This document shows positions 1 to 11,900 of a stretch of DNA of 64,000 nucleotides, piece by piece (the first letter of the stretch is position 1; the number at the start of each line of letters is the position of its first letter). Location of the stretch: positions 21,576,001 through 21,640,000 of the forward strand of contig OX597826.1 of the NCBI GenBank assembly GCA_951406725.2. Reading direction: 5' to 3'. The stretch comes from Octopus vulgaris. Taxonomy: Eukaryota. Below the pieces are notes generated by a model that worked only from the letters and a program-made list of their open reading frames with translations, was not told the origin of the DNA and ran no database searches. Made by a program: the position numbers and the translations under genes.

Positions 1-274
1 GTGGAGGCATCATATCAGCTGTCTAACTTTCAGGACAAACAGACAGCAATGATGTCTAGATAAGCTGATTGGGTCTACAACTATGATAAAATGTAGTTAG
101 CTTAAATAATACGATTTTTGTCTCGGATGACATCTAGAAGAGACCTTGGCATTAGTTTTCAGTGATGTTTATGTTTGATATACTTTAGTTGGTGTTCAAT
201 AAATGAAGTTAGTTCGATAATTTCACTAGAAGCATATTCTCTTTTCCTTATATAACAAAGAAAATTTCTTTTTA

Positions 275-415
275 TCTTCTTCTTCTTCTAACCGCTCAGT
301 CAAAGTTGACTCTCGGTCACTCGTTGGATCAGTGTCCTCCAGTCAGTTCTATTCTGGGCCGCTTCAGTATCACTCATAATGGTGTCAAGCCAGCGGGTTC
401 TTGGTCGGCCTTTTT
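275..415 (-). mobile_element. RTE-type LINE 3' end fragment
   Basis: Minus strand reads GRPRTRWLDTI...AAQNRTDWRTLIQRVTESQL, a typical RTE ORF C-terminus, followed by a (GAA)n tail. Confidence 0.6.
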
Positions 416-543
416 TTTATCAGGATCTCATTATTACAAGACTAATAAGTTTTATTATAGGACTATATATTAAGGTTTATTAGAGCTGAAAGCATTTACA
501 GAGATTTAAATGTTTTAAACTTATTTCTTTTAAACATTATTAA

Positions 544-752
544 CCCTTTAGCATCCAGCTTACTCTTTAAAATGTAATGCTTCTTTATTGACATTGTTTT
601 GAATTAATCCTACATCATCTCAAAGCTCTGTGATTTCAATGATTTTTTAGAATGTCATTGTAAGGCAGGAGTGAGAGGTGGAATCTGGTCAGATTGAACA
701 TAAACCAAATGGAATATTTGGGCCGAATATGGCCAGTTTAAATGCTAAAGGG
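544..752. mobile_element. piggyBac-type MITE
   Basis: Terminal inverted repeats CCCTTTAGCAT...ATGCTAAAGGG. TTAA on the left flank; the right flank is TTTT (degenerate TSD). Confidence 0.55.
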
Positions 753-1769
753 TTTTATTGCAGTAGAAAGCATTTACACAAGTTTTAAACTTATCCTCAA
801 AATATTCAGAAAGTTTAATTTGAATTCATCAAACCTGTGTACTGCAATTCATTCAGACAAACATCTAAACATATTCATAATTTAAAATATTACATTATTG
901 AACTAAACAAAATAATAACAGCTTAATAATCAATGAAAATGCTTTATTAATGAAAATATTATCAGCTTATGTCAACCAGCCTTCAATCCAGAAGGAATTC
1001 TTCAAGTAGAATAAAACTTTAGTTTACCCTTTCACTTTTAGTTGTGTTTCAAAGTAAACCAATAAAATTATTATATTTCCATAAACAGAATATGAAATCG
1101 ATTTTGTTGCAGTAAAAAGCCAAGCCATGTGTGCTACACGCATTTTGTTTGATTCAACACCTGGTTTGTGATTTTATTCCACCCCAACACCACCCCTCAC
1201 TTACCTGTGGTTTCTATTCATATTTGTGTTTTGGGAAACGACTACATCTTCATGCCTAGCAAAAGCTTTGTGCAAGTCAAGTGCATTCCTCATCAGGAAA
1301 TCTGAAATAATGAATGGCAATGGTTGGTTTGGATATTCAAAGATAGTCAGAGCATTTTAATTGGTTGTGAAGGTGGTCAGGTGACTGGTCATGTGATAGT
1401 ATTGTTAATGATATTCAATCATTAACTGCTGTCAGTAGTTAGTTACATGACCACTCACACAACCCCACCCTGCAAGACAAGTCACTTGATCAACATTATC
1501 ACATGACCAATCATGGTTCTAATTCAATGTTAATTAATATGTTGATTCCTGATTGGTCATGTGATAATGGTGAACATGTGACTGGTCATGTGGGAGATAG
1601 CATCTGTTTTTTATGTCCATTATCAAGACATGAGTCAACAGGACTTGGAAGTTAAAAGGACGTTTGGTTGATGGTGGCAAGTTGAGATGAGTTTAGGTTT
1701 TTCATTTAAGATTGGGGGGAATATTGTGGAGTTTCAGACATCATAGAACTGTGTGGGGGGAGGGGGTGC

Positions 1770-1840
1770 ACATGTGTGTGCGTGCATGCGTGTGTATGTG
1801 CATGTGTGTGTGTGTGGGGGGGTGCATGTGTGTGTGTGTG

Positions 1841-1893
<53 letters not shown>
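1770..1893. repeat. (TG)n microsatellite
   Basis: Directly visible dinucleotide repeat. Confidence 0.95.
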
Positions 1894-1895
<2 letters not shown>

Positions 1896-3761
1896 GCATT
1901 TGTATATACTTAAAAGCAATATTTATTAAAAGCAATGTTTATAAGCCAATCAGCAATGTTTTGCTGAATGACTTATAAACAAATCCCAGCTAAACAAAAT
2001 GAACACGATTTTTTACTCAGCTGAGTGAAAAAGAAGATAGAGAACTCTAAACACACACAAATTCTGAGTTCATCTCTAACTGCAGGCATCTTGTTAAGTA
2101 TCTGTATAAGATACTCTCTTCTACATTATTTCAGTTTACCCAGCATATAGATAGCAGACTTTCAGAGAAAAGTTACCTATAGTGGACTGTTACCTTATCC
2201 TGGGTGAGATTTGTCTCACATTTGTTTATCACAAAAGAAATCAGAATTAAAGTACCAAAAATATCAAAAGAGGAAGATCTTTGATTCCTTTGAACAATTA
2301 TCAAATTCCTTCAAATATTTCTGCTAAATCCTATCTTTATTGGCTCCCGTTTTTCACATATCTACAATGGTTTTCTTGCATGATTTCAAAAATTTGCTTC
2401 ATATTTTTGCTTTCAATGAACATTCTAACATTTTTTATGATTTCAGAGCTTATTTTTCACATTTGATTTTTTTTTCTCATCTTTGCACAGCCAGTCTTCA
2501 AGGGACCATTCCTATTGCAGCATTCTAAAAATAAGAGAAATTGTTAATATATCTGTTAAGGAAAATACTGATCCATTTCCAGATCAATTTTAGCAAAAAG
2601 GAAAAACAAGATTTTGTTACAAAAGGTTTTCCACATTAACATAATCAAGAAAATATATATTCAAGTTTCTTTCATTTCACTGGTTTTAGACAAAAATTCA
2701 AAGAATTTCTTTCAATACACTGCTATACCTGATGTATTTTGTTGTTTGCTTACAAAAGAGTGAGAACCTTAAATCAGGAGAGATGAAAAAAATTGAAACA
2801 TCCTTTTATCAAAATGAATTTACTGATGTTTTGATAGAATAACTGATATGTCAGCCATTATGGCAACTTAGTGTCCATCAACTCAATAACTGGTGGACAA
2901 TCTCCAAAAAAAATAAAAGTCTTTTGAATGATTTATCTTTCAAAGAAAAGAGTCAAAAAACCATTCCAACAATCCGTGTTACAAGTATACCACAAACAGT
3001 GTCACGACTATAATCATCTCTTTACAATTTTGTGTTACAGCTGTAATTATCTCTGAGAAAGCTGGATCATATCACAAACATTATCATTAACTAGAGTCAA
3101 GTCTTAACAGCTGTATCACATTATAATTTTTGACAGCATAAAACAGTAAAATAATTACAAATACTTTCAGGAAAATAATTAAAATCCTGCTTCTGACGTT
3201 GGCAGAACAAAACATAGTCTTTTTTTTTTATCAAGGATGTTTTAGAATTTAAAGTTCTGAAATATTTTCAACAAGTCTGAATCAATCTTAAAATGGCTAA
3301 CCTTTTCCATGCACATTTGCAATATTCCCACCCTTGATGAAACTGCTTTTCAACACAAAGCTTACAAAATGCAGGCACAGTTTTGACAATGCCTTATCTC
3401 AGTAATTTCTTTATAAATAGCTTTTGCTAAGCATCAACACTTTGCTGAGTCATTTGCTAAAAATGCAAGCATACTTTTGAGAGGTTTCATAATAAATAAT
3501 GTTTTTGTTTAACACAAGAAAAAGCAAATATCTTTCTCTAAATACTTCATCAAAAATAGGAAGATATATCCATAATTTCTGACTAAATTTATATACTAAA
3601 TATTTTATTAAGTTTAAATAGATTAAAAGTAATTAAAACCTGTTTTTAACAATCATTGTGATCTGACCTTTGTTTTTCTGAATTCATTCCCAGCAAATCG
3701 TTGCCATATGTCTGACATGATTGGTGTCTTTATATTATTGGTTGTTTCCTTTTCTTTCCAG

Positions 3762-3957
3762 TCTTTTTGAGATTTTGCAGAGTTTATATTGGGCAGTTTA
3801 TGGCCTTGTCGATCTAGAACACGCACATTTGGACGAACCGCACAAACTGACCGAACTGATTGGCAAGCTGATGTTTGGCAGTTACAGTATGATAGCCATT
3901 ATTATTCTGCTTAACTTACTTATCGCTATGATGAGCAATTCCTACCAACTCATTTAT
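3762..3957 (+). CDS. TRPC/TRP-like channel, pore-S6 exon variant A (mutually exclusive)
   Basis: ttttctttccag|T...TAT|gtaaga, 196 nt, phase 2 to 0. Encodes LFEILQSLYWAVYGLVDLEHAHLDEPHKLTELIGKLMFGSYSMIAIIILLNLLIAMMSNSYQLIY, matching the TRPC pore helix (LFW-like LYW) and S6 (LLNxLIAMM.NSYQ). Confidence 0.92.
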
Positions 3958-5281
3958 GTAAGACTCATTCCTTTGTCTACAACATTTTCATTCTTTACAC
4001 ATCATTTTTTTCATCACATTTTCATTTTCATGTTTATGATTACAATTTTACAGTTTTAATGAAATTTTACAGTTTTAATGAAATTTTCAGACGTGTGTGA
4101 ACTTTTATAACTGCTGTTGCTTTAACAATTTCTTTTAAACAGGCAAAATATCAAGTATATTTTTTTTCTTTCAGTATAGATATTTCAGAAAATAAAAAAA
4201 ATGGAAAATTTTTTACCAGGCTGAACTGTTTCAACTCCATCATTTCCAGAACTGTCCAAAATGCCAGCACTCACTAAATCCAGTCATTTGTTGCAATTTC
4301 TTTCAAGATTTACCAAGGCAGTTTAACCATTTTTCAATTTTATACAGATTTCCAAACCTGACCATTTGGCAAATTCCTAAAAAAAACCTGCTTCTATACA
4401 ACCTCTGCACCATTTCAGACCAAAATAATTTGGCACCAAGAAACTTAATTTCTTGATTTTGTCTCTTTGACTTTAATTACAATTAGAATATAAAAATAGC
4501 TAATTAGTTACTGAGATAATTTTATGAAATATTTAAATTTTAATTTTTTAAAGAATTAATTATAAAATAGTTAGAGAAAATAATTGAGTTTATTCAGTAA
4601 GACAGATCTATCAAGTTAAAAAAAGAAAACATATACTTTCAGTAAAGCAAGGAATGAGTGAAAGTCTTTGATTCACACTTGATAAAAAATGTTATAAATA
4701 CTATTATATTCACCAGTTTGAAAGTGACATAAAGCAGAAGTATAGAAGTCTAGTTATGATTAAATATATTTAATACATAAGATAATTATGGCTGTCTAGA
4801 TTTAATGTATGAAGATAATAAATTAATATTGGATATATCAATATAGCTGTGATGGTAGATTATTTTGCAAGCAATAAAACTTTTATTATAAATAAAGTCA
4901 TCACAGATTTTTCTGAAGACATCCTATAGTACCATATGGCACCCTGATGTTGCTAAGTGCTACACTCTGGTTGGTAATTAGCATCACCTAATTAATTATT
5001 TATTTTCTGGTGATATTTGATTCTAAATAGGTATCACAACAAAATCTTATAAGCTTCATAGAAAATAAGGAATTTAATTATTTACTGGAAGTTTTCCCAA
5101 ACAATATCCATGATATTCTATGGCAACCTAAATATAAAATAATTTTGTTTATATTGACCAAACCTTTTTCAATTTTCAGACTGCTAAGAGCAAATATTTA
5201 ACACTGAAATCACAGAAAAAAATCAGATTGAATATTCTTAGAAATACTGAAGATTTCTGTAACTTTTTCTTTTCTTTCCAG

Positions 5282-5477
5282 TCTTTTTGAAATCTTGCAG
5301 AGTTTATATTGGGCTTTTTACGGCCTTATAGAATTGGACAACGCTCACTTGGACGAACCACACAAACTGACTGAGCTGGTTGGCAAACTGATGTTTGGAA
5401 GCTACAGTATGATAGCAATTATAGTATTGCTCAATCTGCTAATTGCTATGATGTCACTATCATATCAAATGATATCT
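5282..5477 (+). CDS. TRPC/TRP-like channel, pore-S6 exon variant B (mutually exclusive)
   Basis: ttttctttccag|T...TCT|gtaaga, 196 nt, phase 2 to 0. Encodes LFEILQSLYWAFYGLIELDNAHLDEPHKLTELVGKLMFGSYSMIAIIVLLNLLIAMMSLSYQMIS. Confidence 0.92.
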
Positions 5478-5535
5478 GTAAGAAAGTCTTTTACTTTCTC
5501 CTTATTGATCATAACTTATTCTGCTTCTTTTGCAG

Positions 5536-5731
5536 TCTTTTTGAGATCTTGCAGAGTTTATATTGGGCAATTTATGGTCTTATTGATCTGGAAGACGCCC
5601 ATCTGAAAGAACCTCACCATTTCACTGAGCTTATTGGGAAATTGATGTTTGGCAGTTACAGTTTGATAGCCATAATTGTACTTCTGAACATGCTAATTGC
5701 TATGATGAGCAACTCATACCAAATAATATCT
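5536..5731 (+). CDS. TRPC/TRP-like channel, pore-S6 exon variant C (mutually exclusive)
   Basis: cttcttttgcag|T...TCT|gtaaga, 196 nt, phase 2 to 0. Encodes LFEILQSLYWAIYGLIDLEDAHLKEPHHFTELIGKLMFGSYSLIAIIVLLNMLIAMMSNSYQIIS. Confidence 0.92.
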
Positions 5732-7721
5732 GTAAGAAATACAATTTAAGTCTGCTCTACCTAAGTTACAGCTTACTGACAGCATGAAGCTCTGACAAGA
5801 CAAACTCGCCACACAGTCCAACAGTATTTTCACATGGTACACATATAAACCATGTTAACATTTGTAGTTTCTGCAGTATAGAAACTGTATTAATATTAAT
5901 ACAAGTAAAAGTGCATGTTAGATCTATATTCTATAGTCATACTCCATAGTTGTTTAGTTGTTAGGCCTTTAATAGAAATCCCTGTCAAATTAGTGGATAG
6001 CTGTCACAGTTCAAGACATTTCTAGTAAAGTTATTTGTTTCTTCATCAAAATAGTTTTAGTTTCTTTACCACTTCACAGCAAGCTCCTGATAATTCTTTA
6101 AAAATACATTTTTCTTTAAAATTTTATTAAATTTAGGACATCTAAAAGAATGAAGAATTTTCTGCCTTAGAAACTTTTACATAAAGACGTTTTTAAACAT
6201 CTGTTAATCTAAGAACACCAGAGTTAATATTTCTTATTTAAAATATTGTTTTTTTTTTCTAGAGAAGCTAAAAGAATTGAGAAACCTAGTATGGTAAAAA
6301 ATTAAAAATTTTTCACCTTAACATAAATAAGTTTTGAAACCTCTTTGGAGAATTTAAAGTTAATATTTCCAATGAAAAATACTGGGTTTTTGACTATGAA
6401 TGAGCAAAGAGATTTGAGATAAAGTTTTTTCAAACGATATGTAAGCACCAAATTACATTAAATTTTGATTACACATATGTTCTAGGTTTGTTAGCAAAGT
6501 TTGGAGTTTTGCATAAATAAAAACTAAAGAAATATTTTACAACATTAAGAATTAAGTTGGAAATCTACTTCAGGAAGAATGGCTAGGACAAATGGCTATA
6601 ATATACCTAACTATATGCCTGATCTAATTTATATACAGGTTTTAAAAGTCTGAGGGACATTTAAATGTAAATATAATTGAAGCACAAGCCCTACCTCCTC
6701 TTAATGTCTTAAGCAGCACCTCCCTTGTTACACAAACCTTTTGCTCAACCCTAATCCCTACACAACCCCTTACTTTATTGCTTTCCTTAGAAATGCATTC
6801 TCCATTGCATCATCCCCCATCTGGATCTCAAAGAACTTTAGATCCACACACTCTTTTCTCACAATTTCTTTTTGAATGTGAGTCTGAGAACAACAATGAT
6901 TGGATAAGTTCATAGAATGGCTTTGATTCATCCATTTTCTGCTCATTAACACTTTATTCAATTATGTTGAAGTTTTGGGGTTCTGTTGAGAGAATAACAC
7001 ACTGGAATCTTCAAATCCACTTACAAATATGTAAAGTATTCTCAAAATATAATTTAATAATTTTTTCATTTAAAATTAATTACATGCATACATATGTATA
7101 TTTATACACATGCATAATTACATGTGCATACGTGCATATATACAGACAGACAGACGGATTTTCTGAAAAGAGTCAACAGATTTTATTACAATTTAACATC
7201 AGATAAAATTATAATTATCTTCATGAGAATACATTTATATAGAATTACCTGAAAAAATGTTTAAATATCCAGAAACAAGAGAAATGCAGAGAAGAGTCTG
7301 CAACTATTTAAGGTTTAAATATTTAGAAGAAAAACAACCATAAACAGACATTAAACCAGTTCATTGTTAAATATTTAATAGAATATGCTATGTATTTAAA
7401 TATAATAAAGAATTATTTTAATAATTGAATATATAACTAGTTTGAAAACAACTTCAAGTAAATCAAAAAAATAGTTTTAAAATTTTGCAAGTCTTACATC
7501 TTAGAAAGTTTGTAAATTTCTAGTTGATGTAAAAATTGATGCAGCTTTCAAACCCTCCTTATATTTGTGTTTGCACCAATAAGTTTGTCTGGCCAGAGCA
7601 ATGTAGAGGTAAGCTGTAAAAGGTTGGTTTGTTGCGAATGCTTTTCTTGTTCAGCTTTCGATTCATTTTCCATCTAACATACTTTATCTCTCCAACGAAT
7701 ACTCAATAAAGATGTACATCA

Positions 7722-7741
7722 AATATATATATATATATATG

Positions 7742-7795
<54 letters not shown>

Positions 7796-7953
7796 TATAT
7801 ACACACATACACACATATATATATGTGGTGTGTGTGTGTATGTGTGTACGTACACATACATATATTCATATATACATTGTATACATAATTATATGTTTGT
7901 ATTATATGTATTTGTATATACATAATATATATATATATATATATACATGTATG

Positions 7954-8001
<48 letters not shown>

Positions 8002-8037
8002 TATATATATATGTATATATATATATATGTATATATA

Positions 8038-8116
<79 letters not shown>
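7722..8116. repeat. (TA)n/(TATG)n microsatellite tract
   Basis: Directly visible. Confidence 0.9.
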
Positions 8117-8117
<1 letters not shown>

Positions 8118-8165
8118 CAAAGTTGAGTTGTGGGGTATCGCACGAGTGGAATTATATACGAAAGT

Positions 8166-8915
8166 AGGTTTGAAAATGCAATTTAAAAGATGTTTATTTA
8201 CTTTACCGGTTTCACTCTTTGGAAAAAGATTGTCAAAAGTAACATGTGGAAGTTTGGTTGCGTTAATTATTGGTTGTTGCAAATTGCTACATTACATATA
8301 TATATACAGTCTTTGGTAACAGGGACATGTTAAGGACATAAAAAAGTACAACAGTATGTTGAGAATATAAAGAGGTTTAACAAGCTCATTGAACAAATGG
8401 GCAGAAAAGATTAAAACAAATATATTATACATCTCAGGGTAATTTCCAGGAGGAATTATTAAAAAAAGTTCAGTACAGAATATTATGAATTCAAAAAGAT
8501 TTACATTAATGTAGTGGTGAGGTAGTTACTGACCTGTCTGTTGGACAGGTCAGTAACTACCTCACCACTACATTAATGTAAATCTTTTTGAATTCATAAT
8601 ATTCTGTACTGAACTTTTTTTAATAATTCCTCCTGGAAATTACCCTGAGATGTATAATATATTTGTTTTAATCTTTTCTGCCCATTTGTTCAATGAGCTT
8701 GTTAAACCTCTTTATATTCTCAACATACTGTTGTACTTTTTATGTCCTTAACATGTCCCTGTTACCAAAGACTGTATATATATATGTAATGTAGCAATTT
8801 GCAACAACCAATAATTAACGCAACCAAACTTCCACATGTTACTTTTGACAATCTTTTTCCAAAGAGTGAAACCGGTAAAGTAAATAAACATCTTTTAAAT
8901 TGCATTTTCAAACCT
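8166..8915. repeat. Near-perfect long inverted repeat (about 370-bp arms, 5-nt loop)
   Basis: Centre GACCTGTC-tgttg-GACAGGTC at 8531-8551. Arms read as reverse complements out to AGGTTTGAAAATGCA / TGCATTTTCAAACCT. A related single copy begins near 25900. Confidence 0.9.
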
Positions 8916-8919
8916 TCTT

Positions 8920-8966
<47 letters not shown>

Positions 8967-11900
8967 TTTTATTCTTTTGTTCTTTAATACATTTCAGCCC
9001 AAAGGCTGTGGCCCTGCCTGCTAGGGCACATACATGACATACATATATATACACACATGTGCATGTGTGTGTAAGTATGTATATATGTGTATGTATATGT
9101 ATATATATATATTTATGGGATAATTTGAAGTGAAATTTTTCAAGCTGCAATAATCTTGGTTATCTTTCTGCCTTCATTGTTTGTGATATCTTGTTGTGAA
9201 AATTCTTGCTGTTTGCTTTTTTTTTTTTACCAATGTAATAAGCATGATGTTGAATTTTATTCTAATGTGGCCACACTCTTAATGTTTTTATTACATTATT
9301 ATTTTCATTAATATCATTACAATTCATTCTAATTTGGACTAACAACATAAAATTTCTATATTAATTATTGTTAATTTATTGTTATGTATTATGGTAAAGG
9401 GAAACCAAAGAAATAGTTAATTAAAAAGATGATTTTATTATTTTAAATCATTAACTATGGAGAAGAGTCTATGGAGAACATACAGAAGAGTCAAAGATAT
9501 AATTTGTTTTCTATTTTATTTATAAACTCAGAACAGCAACTAATCTCTGGTTTCATTTACTGAAATTTCTGTTAATTAATTAGAAGTTTAGAAATATCTT
9601 TTATGATTTCTTCATAATTAATTACAAAACTAATTAATTGTGAGAACTTCATCAACAAGAGGTAGATATCTCATAGTTAAGACAACTGCATTTCCCCCCC
9701 TAATTAACACAATTTACCATTCTGATGACAATTATGGTCAGTTGACAGAATCATTAAAGACATGGACAAAATTCTTTGTTAGAATTCAGCTACAGGACCT
9801 TACCTTCTAAATTCAAATCAGGCCAAGGTCAGTTTTGTTGTCCAGCTTTCTAAGATTGATAAAAATCAAGTACCAGTAATGTGTAGGGGGAAGATACAAC
9901 CGTCCTCATAAATGAGGGTGGATCTGTAATTAAATAAGAAATCAATGAAATGATTTCATCTAATTAACTCTAATTAATTAGTTATACTGAATACTTTTGA
10001 CACTAGTTAATTAAACACTGTGTTTACCTTTGGATTATCTAAATATTACTAAATTAACCAATTTACTTACAACTTTAAAACCTCTTACCAATTTCTAGTT
10101 CAAAATCTCTCACCAACATTATAATTATAATCCCACCATTTATAAGATATCCACTTGGTTAACTGTGTCCATGTTATTTGCATTTATTTTCCTTTGTTTA
10201 TTGACTTTCCATTCCACCCTACCTCAGCTAACCTTCCTAATCTTCCATAATTTGTCGCATATTTATTTCATAGATTAAACAAAAAGTACAATAATTATAT
10301 CTGAAATTATGTCATTAATATGTAATTAGCATATTTTATTTGAATATCTTTAACACTATCAACATCACCTTTAATTTTATAATCAGTATAAATAGATGCT
10401 AAAAAATTCACCGTTTTTTACACCCCTGCCACTAACAGTACCCCACACTTGTTGCCAACACTTGTTACCAACAACAACACCTTAGAATGCTTCTATTATG
10501 TAAACCCCCTCCTTCAAAACAATTTTTTAAATACCCAACCCTCACTCAAGGGTTATTAGAGTATTTCAGCTTTGTCGTTTGTAGGTTCTTTTATTTAGCT
10601 GCAAATTACTTCCTTTTGGAAATATTCCCTTTAGGAAGCAGTGTCTATATTAAACAATCCCTTTCATAAACAGTCCCAGATTAATCGTTTCTGTTTCCTT
10701 CCTTTTTTTTAATTCCAATTTTTCATCAGTTTTCAGTGTTTCCCTTCATTCATTATTAATTATTATAATTATTTATTGAAGAATAATTTACTACTCTTAC
10801 AAAGAAATAACACAATTATTTTCAGTTTTTTATTTTGTTAATGGTTCATAGGTAAAGAATTGTTATCAGCTGATTTAGTAAATAATTCTTGTAGTGGGAT
10901 CAGTTGATCAATTGTTGCTAATTAGGCTGATTTTTGTGGACTAATTAACCTTATTTTTAAATATTTTTGTGATATTTACATCAACACAATGTTTCAATTC
11001 ATTTCATCTGTCGTTGTCATCGTCATCATCATCATCATCCTAGATATATAAAAATAATTCATATCCAGGAATAACTACTGCAATTAGAACACCTGATAGC
11101 TGTGGTTAGAATTCCTGCCAATGATTCATTACTTTGAAAATAATAGTTCCAAGAGGGAATCCAATTGGATACCCTGTCCACATTATGGCAAAAGCAATGA
11201 TCAGTCAATCAGACCAGTTGAACCATTGTGTCAATGTAAATATGAAAATATTTTTCATTTCTAAAAATGGAGTTAAATAGTCTGGAGAATTATAATGGAA
11301 ATATAAAGATGACAAACAAGGAGCATTGATATGCTGCTCTGGTTTCTCAGCAGCATGAGGAGAATGTACCAATTGTATGAATGTGATTTGAAACTTGTTT
11401 ATTAAAGATAACATTTATTGCTTTTATACTCAGCCCCCTGTCTAGCTCAGCTGGATCTTCATACACTCAGCCAAACTAATCAGTATCAAGTTATTTATCT
11501 CCAGGAATATTGATGGAACATTTTTACCTTCTAGAATATGTCATACATTCTCTGAAATAGTGGAATATCTCAGACAAGATTAAGAATTACAAGAGAAAGT
11601 GTTTAAGCCCAAAATATTGAGATTTTATAGAAGAATTTGGTATGATGCAAGATTAAGAAATTTTAATCACAACAAAAATATATTCCACTACTTGAAGAAA
11701 CTTGTAAAGGAATAATGAAACCATTTTGTGGTCACCGTTTTAACAAAAATATTTTTACCAGTTGTTTCAATTTATTTTGAAAATAATCAAGAATTTGGTG
11801 GAATATTGCAGAACAAGTTGGCTTTTCCTCTTTAACAAATTACTGTTTAGAATACATCTCTAAAAGAATCTTATGCAAAACGATGATGGAAGATTCTCAT

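Noticed and set aside
3762-5731. Reading the three exons as a tandem gene duplication, an assembly duplication or a three-pore protein
   Set aside because: The introns are non-homologous, other exons are single-copy, the exons differ at many synonymous sites, and co-inclusion breaks the frame.
3721-5749. Track ORFs 3721-4059, 5295-5606 and 5549-5749 as standalone genes
   Set aside because: They are exon cores extended into intron sequence; the true boundaries are the splice sites.
1427-5784. 11-bp complementarity TGCTGTCAGTA (1427-1437) / TACTGACAGCA (5774-5784) bracketing the cassette
   Set aside because: An 11-mer match is expected by chance among several kb of sequence, and it does not extend.
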